Origin: an uncultured virus (IMG/VR IMGVR_UViG_3300044675_004257) | Lineage: Duplodnaviria; Heunggongvirae; Uroviricota; Caudoviricetes | IMG/VR virus record: IMGVR_UViG_3300044675_004257 | Location: 57,660-77,659 of that record | DNA length: 20,000 nt | Strand: one strand, 5' to 3' | Part shown: positions 9,220-16,860 of the stretch, one piece after another | Numbering within the stretch: position 1 is the first letter of the stretch | How the letters are laid out: each line of letters begins with the position of its first letter | Notes under the pieces: model-generated | What the model was told of the DNA's origin: nothing | Databases searched by the model: none | Seen by the model: the letters and a program-made list of their open reading frames with translations, nothing else | Translations under genes and position numbers: made by a program

Positions 9220-9450
9220 ATGAAGTTTGAAATGGCAGGTCAACACTACAACTACTTGGGGGGTTTTAATGACAAACAACCAGGAACAAAAGTTACTATA
9301 GAATTTGAAGCAGAACAACTGCAAGACATTCTAGAAGAATTTACCATGTTTCTACGTGGATGTGGTTTTATAATTAACGGTACATTAGATGTGATACCAG
9401 ATGAGGAATATTATGCAGCAACTATTCGCACCGACAATTCAATGGATTAA
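9220..9450 (+). CDS. Small hypothetical phage protein
   Basis: EFEA..L.DILEEF..FLRGCGF pattern, reminiscent of small T4-like phage proteins. Confidence 0.65.
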   Translation: MKFEMAGQHYNYLGGFNDKQPGTKVTIEFEAEQLQDILEEFTMFLRGCGFIINGTLDVIPDEEYYAATIRTDNSMD

Positions 9451-9700
9451 AGATGATTGGCGCAGTAATCACATTCGTTTTGTTATTGAGTTGCTCGCTT
9501 GGGCTATTAGTATTGGTTGCTCAATTACCATGGCACTCACTGTACCATCTCCCCCTCTACTTGCTCTGTATCCTGTGTGGATCCTTGGTTGTGCTCTGTA
9601 CGCTTGGGCTGCTTATACTAGGAAATCATTTGGCATGCTGGCTAACTACATCTTGTTGACAACTATTGACACCATTGGATTGATTAGGATGTTAACATGA
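9413..9700 (+). CDS. Small three-helix membrane protein
   Basis: GAGG RBS before ATG 9413; three hydrophobic segments. Confidence 0.65.
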   Translation: MQQLFAPTIQWIKDDWRSNHIRFVIELLAWAISIGCSITMALTVPSPPLLALYPVWILGCALYAWAAYTRKSFGMLANYILLTTIDTIGLIRMLT

Positions 9701-9981
9701 GTACAACTTTAACAACCAATACATTCTACGGCATTTTGCCGAGTGTTAGTGCCGGAGGCACAGGTATGGCAATGCAGACAGCACAAGCAACATCATTCGT
9801 AATGGTTGAACCTATCGGTTATGAATTTCAGGTAGTTGAATATATGGAAGGCGATAGAATTGCAAAGGTTGCTTTACAGGTTAAACGAAACATACATGAC
9901 CAATATGGCAACATAAAGACACATGGTATGTGGATGGATGTTCCTAGGATTAAAATTCCTTATGTGGCGCCTGTGGTGTAA
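9697..9981 (+). CDS. Hypothetical protein
   Basis: ATGA coupling and AGGA RBS. Confidence 0.6.
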   Translation: MSTTLTTNTFYGILPSVSAGGTGMAMQTAQATSFVMVEPIGYEFQVVEYMEGDRIAKVALQVKRNIHDQYGNIKTHGMWMDVPRIKIPYVAPVV

Positions 9982-10111
9982 AGCTTTAGGTGAAAAAAGT
10001 GGTAACAATAACAGCGAGGCCAATAAAATTGCTTGCATCCGGACTGTTATTGTGTTATCATACATCATAACCAACCTTTTTATTATTGCCGGAGTAATCC
10101 ATCACTGGTGA
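9962..10111 (+). CDS. Small membrane protein (MWRLWCKALGEK type)
   Basis: MWRLWxKALGEK...A..IA.IRT...TN.FI.AGV.HHW resembles a small protein recurrent in aquatic T4-like phages (recalled, not searched). Confidence 0.6.
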   Translation: MWRLWCKALGEKSGNNNSEANKIACIRTVIVLSYIITNLFIIAGVIHHW

Positions 10112-10115
10112 CAAC

Positions 10116-10670
10116 ATGAACATTTTTTACCTTCACAATGACCCAAAAGTTTGTGCAGAAATGCATAACGACAAACATTGTATCAAAATGATCCTCGAAT
10201 ATGCTCAATTACTTTCTACTGCTCATCGTGTTCTTGATGGCACTTTGTCTGTTGGCCTCTCTGAAACTGGTCGAAAACAAAGCAGATATGTTCTTTCTGA
10301 CGGCCGTGAGTCTGAGCTCTATGTTGCTACACATATCAATCATCCTTCAGCAATTTGGGTGAGAAAGTCTTATGAAAACTATGAGTGGTTGTATACTATG
10401 TTCATTGAATTGATGAAAGAATATACATATCGTTATGGTAAAAACCATGCCTGCGAAAAATTGATTGAATCACTATACACACCACCAACACATATTCCCA
10501 AAGGCGTTGGCTTCACAGAACCAACACCAGCAATGCCTGATGATGTAAAAGTGGCAGGCGATTCAATCAAGTCATACCGCAATTACTATATAAATAATAA
10601 GACGCACCTCGCTTCATGGCGAGGAAAATTTAACTCACGACCAGTGCCAAGCTGGTTTCAAACCGCATGA
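10116..10670 (+). CDS. Pyrimidine-dimer DNA glycosylase / endonuclease V (DenV)-like protein
   Basis: MNIFYL...DKHCIKMILEYAQLLSTAHR, THINHPSAIWVR, EYTYRYGKNH, PAMPD, YRNYY. Confidence 0.7.
   Translation: MNIFYLHNDPKVCAEMHNDKHCIKMILEYAQLLSTAHRVLDGTLSVGLSETGRKQSRYVLSDGRESELYVATHINHPSAIWVRKSYENYEWLYTMFIELMKEYTYRYGKNHACEKLIESLYTPPTHIPKGVGFTEPTPAMPDDVKVAGDSIKSYRNYYINNKTHLASWRGKFNSRPVPSWFQTA
10589..10596 (+). promoter_or_regulatory. T4-type late promoter motif TATAAATA
   Basis: Exact TATAAATA about 70 nt upstream of the 10667 ORF/phoH group; lies inside a CDS in AT-rich DNA, so it could be chance. Confidence 0.45.
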
Positions 10671-10942
10671 TTTATACATTTTTGAATAAAAATACAAGTG
10701 AAATTGAAGAACATACGATGCGCCTTGCAGAGTATGATGAGTTTAAGTTAAATAACCCCCATCTAGAACGTTACTTCACAGTCGATGGCATTCCAGGCCT
10801 AGGCGATGGTATGCGTATGGACACACCAGGAACTGGTAAGGCCGACTCCACATTTGAAAAGTATGTCATCAATCGTATGAAGGAAACTATTCCTGGAAAT
10901 ACAATGAGTGGTCATAAAACTAAAATGCCAAGGGAATGGTAA
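10667..10942 (+). CDS. Hypothetical phage protein (FmdB-like N-terminus lacking cysteines)
   Basis: MIYTFLNKNTSEIEE...NPHL pattern; ATGA coupling; sits upstream of phoH. Confidence 0.65.
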   Translation: MIYTFLNKNTSEIEEHTMRLAEYDEFKLNNPHLERYFTVDGIPGLGDGMRMDTPGTGKADSTFEKYVINRMKETIPGNTMSGHKTKMPREW

Positions 10943-11133
10943 TGGCGCAGATACCAGCCCTATTTCTACCAAAAAAGAAAATTGAGGAGATACCTGAGGT
11001 AAAGAATTCCAGCAAGAATCGGAAGAAAAAGAAACCCGATACTACTAAAAAAGTTTCAGCAATATTTCAAAGGGGAATTGATGGTTACCAAAAAAACAAC
11101 AGCCAGATACGCAGCGGAACAGTTACAAGATGA
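10942..11133 (+). CDS. Small Lys-rich hypothetical protein
   Basis: TAATG coupling to the previous gene; overlaps the phoH start by about 50 nt. Confidence 0.4.
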   Translation: MAQIPALFLPKKKIEEIPEVKNSSKNRKKKKPDTTKKVSAIFQRGIDGYQKNNSQIRSGTVTR

Positions 11134-11845
11134 TGAGAATAAGACAAGGCATCAACCAGCAGTAAACAATTCATTGAGAATTAAACCAGACCATCTAAAG
11201 ACGTTTGATCCACTAACAGAAAATCAAAGATTATTCTTTGAGATGTATAAAGGCGGTGCCTACTTTATGGGACTATTTGGTAGTCCTGGGGTAGGCAAAA
11301 CTTTTTTGGCACTATATAAATCATTAGAAGAAGTATTAGACAAGTCCAATTCATTCAAACAAGTAGTAGTTGTAAGGTCACTTGTGCAATTACGTGACGT
11401 TGGTTATTTACCAGGCAATCTTGAAGAAAAACAAGAAATCTATGAATTACCTTACAAAGAGATTGCGGCCACATTATTTGGTCGTTCCGATGCATGGGAT
11501 AGATTAAAGGAACAAAATCATGTACGATTTATTTCTACTACTGCCATTCGTGGTATTTCTATTGATGATGCTATTATTATAGTTGATGAAAATCAGAATT
11601 TGAATTGGTCAGAAGTAAATACAATTATCACCCGTGTTGGACATAGGTCCAAAATCATATTTTCAGGTGATTTTAAACAAACTGATTTGATTAAGAGTAA
11701 CAAAGACCAAACAGCATTCCATAGTTTCTTGGAAGTGGCACGTAAGATGCCGTCCTTTCAAGAAATATACTTTACACCAGACGATATTGTTCGTTCCAGT
11801 TTAGTTAAACAATGGATTGTGGCCTGTGAAGACCTAGGTTACTAA
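11081..11845 (+). CDS. phoH: PhoH-like ATPase
   Basis: PLTENQ, Walker A GSPGVGKTFLA, GYLPG, IRGISIDDAIIIVDENQN, TRVG..SKIIFSGDFKQTDL, DIVRS. Confidence 0.92.
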   Translation: MVTKKTTARYAAEQLQDDENKTRHQPAVNNSLRIKPDHLKTFDPLTENQRLFFEMYKGGAYFMGLFGSPGVGKTFLALYKSLEEVLDKSNSFKQVVVVRSLVQLRDVGYLPGNLEEKQEIYELPYKEIAATLFGRSDAWDRLKEQNHVRFISTTAIRGISIDDAIIIVDENQNLNWSEVNTIITRVGHRSKIIFSGDFKQTDLIKSNKDQTAFHSFLEVARKMPSFQEIYFTPDDIVRSSLVKQWIVACEDLGY

Positions 11846-11884
11846 GATAAATACTATTCCAAACTAAGATAAATACTATTCCAA
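11841..11884 (+). repeat. Perfect 22-bp tandem direct repeat ACTAAGATAAATACTATTCCAA x2, each with a late-promoter-like ATAAATA
   Basis: Copies at 11841-11862 and 11863-11884; the first includes the phoH stop codon. Confidence 0.95.
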
Positions 11885-11901
11885 TAATAAGAGGAAATAA
11901 A

Positions 11902-13353
11902 ATGATTTTTGAAATTGAAGCCACACGATTTGAAGATGGTGATAAAAGAGTTTTTCACTATGACAATATGGCTAATGTGTTGAAAGATTCTGATGGTAAT
12001 GTGTTTGAATATCCGGCAGACCAAATGCCACAACATTCTTTGAAACCTTACAAACCATTTGACAAGAATCGTCCACTAAAAAAATCAAAATTAATCAGCC
12101 ATTTGAAGATTCAGATGGGGTTGAGTTGTAACTATTCTTGTGATTATTGTTCACAGAAGTTTGTTGAACGCCAACCAGAAACCTCTAAAAAAGATATTGA
12201 TGTTTTTATGGAGAAATTAGATAATCTTCATTTTGATGAAGATGTTGGTTTAAGAGTTGAATTTTGGGGTGGTGAACCACTTGTTTATTGGAAAACAATG
12301 AAGCCATTGGCTGAGGCCATTGCAGAAAAATTTGACAGTTGGAAAACCAAACCACAATTCAGTGTTATCACCAATGGTTCGATACTAACTGATGAAATTA
12401 TTGATTGGTTAATGATGATGGATTTTGCTGTGTCAATTTCACATGATGGACCGGGTCAATTTGTACGTGGTCCTGATCCTTTTGATGATCCTGAACAAAA
12501 AGAACGTATTCTAGGATTCTATCGTATGATGACTAGACTTGGTAAAAGTTTTAGTTTTAATTCAATGTTGAACTCTAAAAACCAAAGTCGTAAAGAAATC
12601 TATGATTGGTTCGTAAATCTCACTGGTGATGAAAATGTTATCTTGGGTGAAGGTTCAATGGTTGATGCCTATGACGAAGAAGGTATATCATATTCACTAA
12701 TCACAAAACAAGAACATTTCGATTTTAGGCAACGTGCCTTTGGTGAGTTGTATGGTACAGAAGGCCAAATTGGTTTTAGAGCACAATTAGGTAAAATTGA
12801 TGATTTTGTAACTGGTGTATTGACTCATAGGGAATCTAAATATTTGGGTCAAAAGTGTGGTATGGATGATGAACACACTTTGTCTGTCGATTTACGTGGT
12901 AACATTATGACCTGCCAGAATGTGAGTTCTTTAGAAATTTCCAAGAACGGTGAATCACACCATGGTGGAAACTTAGAAGATTATGCAAAAGTTGAATTGA
13001 AGTCTGTTACGCATTGGTCTAACCGAAAAGAATGTCCAGAGTGTCCAGTGTTACATGTCTGTAAAGGTGCGTGTATGTTCTTGGATGAAAAGTTTTGGGA
13101 TGTTTCTTGTGCTAATGCATACTCTGATAACGTGGCATTATTTGCGGCAGGATTCACAGTTATGACGGGTGGTTATATTCCGACACTAATTAAGAGTGAT
13201 ACTTTACCTCTTGAACGACAAGATATCTTTGGTAATATATTCACACACGAAGAAGATAAACAGAAAAAAATCATACCAATCAAGGTAATTAAAGAGATTA
13301 TTGGTGAAGTGGATGAAGTTTTGGTTTATGGTAAATCTCGTTTAGAAAACTAA
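11902..13353 (+). CDS. Radical SAM enzyme with C-terminal SPASM domain (peptide-maturase / anSME-like)
   Basis: CNYSCDYC (CxxxCxxC), FWGGEPL, ITNGS, SISHDG; SPASM-type Cys set CGM...CQN...CPECPVLHVCKGAC...C; GAGG RBS. Confidence 0.9.
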   Translation: MIFEIEATRFEDGDKRVFHYDNMANVLKDSDGNVFEYPADQMPQHSLKPYKPFDKNRPLKKSKLISHLKIQMGLSCNYSCDYCSQKFVERQPETSKKDIDVFMEKLDNLHFDEDVGLRVEFWGGEPLVYWKTMKPLAEAIAEKFDSWKTKPQFSVITNGSILTDEIIDWLMMMDFAVSISHDGPGQFVRGPDPFDDPEQKERILGFYRMMTRLGKSFSFNSMLNSKNQSRKEIYDWFVNLTGDENVILGEGSMVDAYDEEGISYSLITKQEHFDFRQRAFGELYGTEGQIGFRAQLGKIDDFVTGVLTHRESKYLGQKCGMDDEHTLSVDLRGNIMTCQNVSSLEISKNGESHHGGNLEDYAKVELKSVTHWSNRKECPECPVLHVCKGACMFLDEKFWDVSCANAYSDNVALFAAGFTVMTGGYIPTLIKSDTLPLERQDIFGNIFTHEEDKQKKIIPIKVIKEIIGEVDEVLVYGKSRLEN

Positions 13354-13356
13354 ATA
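13350..13356 (+). promoter_or_regulatory. Late-promoter-like CTAAATA upstream of the Asn-Cys protein gene
   Basis: Variant of the TATAAATA motif about 25 nt before ATG 13382, overlapping the rSAM stop. Confidence 0.35.
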
Positions 13357-13381
13357 ATAACAACATTAGAGAGTAGAAAAA

Positions 13382-14272
13382 ATGACACTACCAGCATCAG
13401 GTCAACCCATTGGAGTATCAAACGTTAATGCAGCAGTTGGAAGGTCACCCACAACAAATGCAAGTTTGACTTTTTTAAATGGTTACATAAAACCAGTTAT
13501 AAGACCGGGTACATCAAATTTAGGTTCTTTTAGTGGCCTAAGATTTTATAGACAAAACACTGCCGGCAATTGTAATAATGTAAACAATAAAGCATGGAAT
13601 TGTAATTGTGGTAATATTCAATGTAATTCAACAAACAACTGCACAGCAATTAACTGTGCAAACTGTGACACACAATTTTGGTTACAAACTGGAGACTGTC
13701 AATTATCAACCACACCAGTGTACAACTGCACGAACAACCAAAATTGTTTCAGCTATAATTGTAATTGTTCGAAGATTATTTGTACAAAACTATTTGACCT
13801 CGGTTTAATGAAGAAAAATATCTTTGAGGCAGACCAAGCATTTGGTGAACGTTTGCAAAAAACCAATCCGGATATCTACAATGGTTATCGTGCATGGGCG
13901 GAAATTGTTGTTGACTGGATGGATGGCAAAGGTCCTAAGATGATGCCTTGGATGTCCGATGATGAATTTAGTGCAGCTGCAAAGAAATGGTCCATCACTT
14001 GGGCTCACGATATTGCAACACCTTGGGCTGAAGAAATGGCATACTTAATGGGTGAAAAGGAAACAGGCAGTCTGACAGGTAAAATGATGTTTGTGTTTGG
14101 TACACCAATCTGCAAGGTTATTGGTGTGTGGCAACGTTGGTTTGGACCAAGTAAAAAAGAACCTGGTTTCTTAAAAGGTGCTGGCCTTGTTGTAATTTTT
14201 GTAATGTTCAAGTTGGTTGCAGAACTAGGTCGTTTCATTGAGAAATTCATACCAAGTAAAAAGGTTGCGTGA
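13382..14272 (+). CDS. Asn/Cys-rich tripartite protein, candidate substrate of the neighbouring enzymes (precursor or virion-fibre-like protein)
   Basis: N-terminal MTLPASG...SNVN segment, residues 63-129 with 12 Cys (10 as NC) and 19 Asn, then a C-terminal domain starting KIICT with a hydrophobic tail. Confidence 0.8.
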   Translation: MTLPASGQPIGVSNVNAAVGRSPTTNASLTFLNGYIKPVIRPGTSNLGSFSGLRFYRQNTAGNCNNVNNKAWNCNCGNIQCNSTNNCTAINCANCDTQFWLQTGDCQLSTTPVYNCTNNQNCFSYNCNCSKIICTKLFDLGLMKKNIFEADQAFGERLQKTNPDIYNGYRAWAEIVVDWMDGKGPKMMPWMSDDEFSAAAKKWSITWAHDIATPWAEEMAYLMGEKETGSLTGKMMFVFGTPICKVIGVWQRWFGPSKKEPGFLKGAGLVVIFVMFKLVAELGRFIEKFIPSKKVA

Positions 14273-14562
14273 TGCCAGTATATTCTTCAACTAGACCGGT
14301 TAAAATATTGATTAACAATTTGGATTATACAGATGAACATCTGACACATTTTTTTAACACATATAGTTTAAATGCCTTCGATTTAATGACACAACAAAAA
14401 AAAGAACGTGTTTTTGAAATGTTAACAAAACATGAAAATTTACTAACAAAATTTTATGGTAATGCTTTACTCAAAAGTGGAGTTTTTGTTCCAAAATTAG
14501 CTAGAGATAATGTTGATAATGTATATGTTACAGAATATAAAAAGTGGTTGGAAAAACAATGA
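14272..14562 (+). CDS. Small hypothetical protein (paralog A)
   Basis: TGATG coupling; local similarity to the next ORF. Confidence 0.65.
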   Translation: MPVYSSTRPVKILINNLDYTDEHLTHFFNTYSLNAFDLMTQQKKERVFEMLTKHENLLTKFYGNALLKSGVFVPKLARDNVDNVYVTEYKKWLEKQ

Positions 14563-14945
14563 AGAATTATTCACACACTTTACTACCAACAATAAAAACA
14601 TATGATAATGAAAATATTTTATTTAATCAATCATTAATACCAAATTTTGTTAAAAAAACATTCTTCGAAAGAGTTGTTGCTTTAAGTGAAGAAGAAAGAG
14701 ATGAATTTTTCCGCATGAGTTATGAGTATGAGGATGTATTATTTGAAATGTTTGACGGCCAGATTGAGAATTTGACGGAAGCTGGTTGGACAACCGCAAC
14801 CGATACAATCTTTAGAAATCCAACAGAAGAATATGAAAATTATGCATCTTTACCGAAAGATGCTGATTTGACAGATGAGGAACATCAGTTGAAATTGGAA
14901 CACCTAAGACAATTTAAAGAATGGTTTGAAAAACAAAACTATTGA
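14559..14945 (+). CDS. Small acidic hypothetical protein (paralog B)
   Basis: ATGA coupling; ends FKEWFEKQ versus YKKWLEKQ in paralog A. Confidence 0.65.
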   Translation: MKNYSHTLLPTIKTYDNENILFNQSLIPNFVKKTFFERVVALSEEERDEFFRMSYEYEDVLFEMFDGQIENLTEAGWTTATDTIFRNPTEEYENYASLPKDADLTDEEHQLKLEHLRQFKEWFEKQNY

Positions 14946-14954
14946 TTTTTTATT

Positions 14955-15662
14955 ATGACACAAAATATTATGACAAGAGAAGACAGAGAAAAATACCATT
15001 GGTATCAAAATGCACAGAACATGTTTTGGCAAAGTCCAATTTGGGAAGTACAAACACGTTTTGATGAAGAATTTAATGAAACTCTGTTAGATGAAATTTA
15101 TGGTATCGGCAAAGATATCGTATTGGGTAAAGACAAAGACCCAAACAACAGTATATGGGACTACAGTAGACCCAACTTAGATATACTTAAACAAGAAATT
15201 ATAGACATTGTAACCAAGAAAATTGTGCAAAATATTCCACAACTCAGAATGTTAAATATTCGTGGTTGTGAACACTTCATGGGTTGGGTCAATGTGCGTG
15301 AACCAGGAGAACGCTTAGAGGTGCATGGACACACCGAATCTGCTATCGCAGCAACGTATTACATAAAGGCTAAAGAAGGTTGTGGTGACCTTGTGGCGTT
15401 TGATTCTGCACAAGCAATTGATTGGTTAAATAATACTCTAAGTAACACACCAAAATTGCGAGAACGTAGGTTTAAACCAGTTGAAGGTAGATTGATATTT
15501 TTTCCATCATATGTTTTGCATGGCGTTAATGAAAATAAATCTGATGATTTACGCATTTCATTGTCAACCGACCTAAGAAAAGTTGTAGACAAAAATGCAC
15601 AGAATACGGTAATTTTAAAATCGTGGGCTGGCCGCATGGCAAAAATTAGAGAATGGAAATAA
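14955..15662 (+). CDS. Putative 2OG-Fe(II) oxygenase (TIGR02466-like, HxH type)
   Basis: WVNV...EVHGH...YY...GDL...PVEGRLIFFPSYVLHGV..N...RISLS. Confidence 0.85.
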   Translation: MTQNIMTREDREKYHWYQNAQNMFWQSPIWEVQTRFDEEFNETLLDEIYGIGKDIVLGKDKDPNNSIWDYSRPNLDILKQEIIDIVTKKIVQNIPQLRMLNIRGCEHFMGWVNVREPGERLEVHGHTESAIAATYYIKAKEGCGDLVAFDSAQAIDWLNNTLSNTPKLRERRFKPVEGRLIFFPSYVLHGVNENKSDDLRISLSTDLRKVVDKNAQNTVILKSWAGRMAKIREWK

Positions 15663-16192
15663 TGTTTACAAAACTGGAAACAAATTTTGAAAAACCATTA
15701 TATGCAGTTACCGACCCACTAAAAAATTTCAAACATGAAGGTAAAGGTATCGACTATAAAAAGATATGGTCACCTGAGGCTGACAAAATATATGGTGTGA
15801 TACCAAAAAGGTATTGGCAGGACTTTCACTTGACAGTTATGACAATTGATTGTATAATCCCACCACACACAGATACTGAAATTATCACCTCTATAAATTT
15901 CTATATGCAAACCGAAGGTTGCACAACAACTTTTTATAAACCGAAGGTGGAGATTCCAAAAACTGTACAGGTTGAGAATCAAACCAATGGACATATATAT
16001 TTTGAAGAAGATTTAATTGAAGTTGGTAGTTTTGTTGCTAAAGATTATGATATTTGGTTACTTGATGTAAGTCAAATACATGGCGTTAAGGGTAAATTTA
16101 ATTTACGTAAAGCCATTACCTTAGGAACTTTTGTTCATAAGTATCAGGACGTACTAGAAATGTTAAAGGAAACCAATAATGTCGTTTGTTAA
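15662..16192 (+). CDS. Putative Fe(II)/2OG dioxygenase (DSBH fold), paralog 1
   Basis: IPPHTD (HxD), SINFY, LLDVSQIHGV (distal His), LRKAI (Arg); TAATG coupling. Confidence 0.7.
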   Translation: MFTKLETNFEKPLYAVTDPLKNFKHEGKGIDYKKIWSPEADKIYGVIPKRYWQDFHLTVMTIDCIIPPHTDTEIITSINFYMQTEGCTTTFYKPKVEIPKTVQVENQTNGHIYFEEDLIEVGSFVAKDYDIWLLDVSQIHGVKGKFNLRKAITLGTFVHKYQDVLEMLKETNNVVC

Positions 16193-16850
16193 ATTAAAAC
16201 ATACATATGAATATATGCCACACACCATTATACCACAAGGTAAGGCTGATTCATTTGCTGGAAAATATGGACTAGGTGTAAGACACAGTACAATTTGGAC
16301 ACCAGAACCTGAAAAAGAAGTGTTGTATAAAGTTATACCTGAAAGGTATTGGAAAGATTTTCAAGTAACAAGAATGTCTATTAATAGTTTGTTGTTACCA
16401 CACGTTGATAATGATTTTATAACAACAATCAATTTTTATTATGACCCACAGAATTACAGGACAGTTTTTTTCAAACCAAAACCAGGAGCAAATTCTTGGA
16501 AGACAGAAGAAGATAGACACCATGGTGTTGATGAGGGAACAATTATAGACCAAAATGTGAATGTTGAGGAACTAAAAACCAGAGTTAAAGAATTTGTATC
16601 GGAGAAACAAAATATGCCGACATGTGAAGAAATAACATATGTTGATGCGGTATATACTTTCGATGATGTTTATGAAATTGGATCTTTTATTGCTCAACCT
16701 AGCGAAGCATACCTGTTAGATGTGAGAGTACCACATAATGTTGAACCTTTGGGTGGTGAAGCAAATCTTAGGAAAGCTTTTGCACTTAGGACCAAATTGT
16801 ATGATTATGGCCAAGTATATGAAATGTTGCAGGAAACTGGAAATTTATAA
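16179..16850 (+). CDS. Putative Fe(II)/2OG dioxygenase (DSBH fold), paralog 2
   Basis: LLPHVD, TINFY, LLDVRVPHNV, LRKAF; shares IPxRYWxDF and EMLxET with the upstream gene. Confidence 0.7.
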   Translation: MSFVKLKHTYEYMPHTIIPQGKADSFAGKYGLGVRHSTIWTPEPEKEVLYKVIPERYWKDFQVTRMSINSLLLPHVDNDFITTINFYYDPQNYRTVFFKPKPGANSWKTEEDRHHGVDEGTIIDQNVNVEELKTRVKEFVSEKQNMPTCEEITYVDAVYTFDDVYEIGSFIAQPSEAYLLDVRVPHNVEPLGGEANLRKAFALRTKLYDYGQVYEMLQETGNL

Positions 16851-16860
16851 AGGATAACAA

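Noticed and set aside
11841..11884. Direct repeat as a CRISPR array or transposon target-site duplication
   Set aside because: There are only two abutting copies with no spacer, I saw no copy at the island's right border, and there are no cas or transposase genes.
1671..13808. Alternative-frame + strand ORFs (1671-1961, 5441-5623, 9453-9659, 13608-13808)
   Set aside because: Each is fully nested in a longer motif-bearing gene and has no convincing RBS or protein features.
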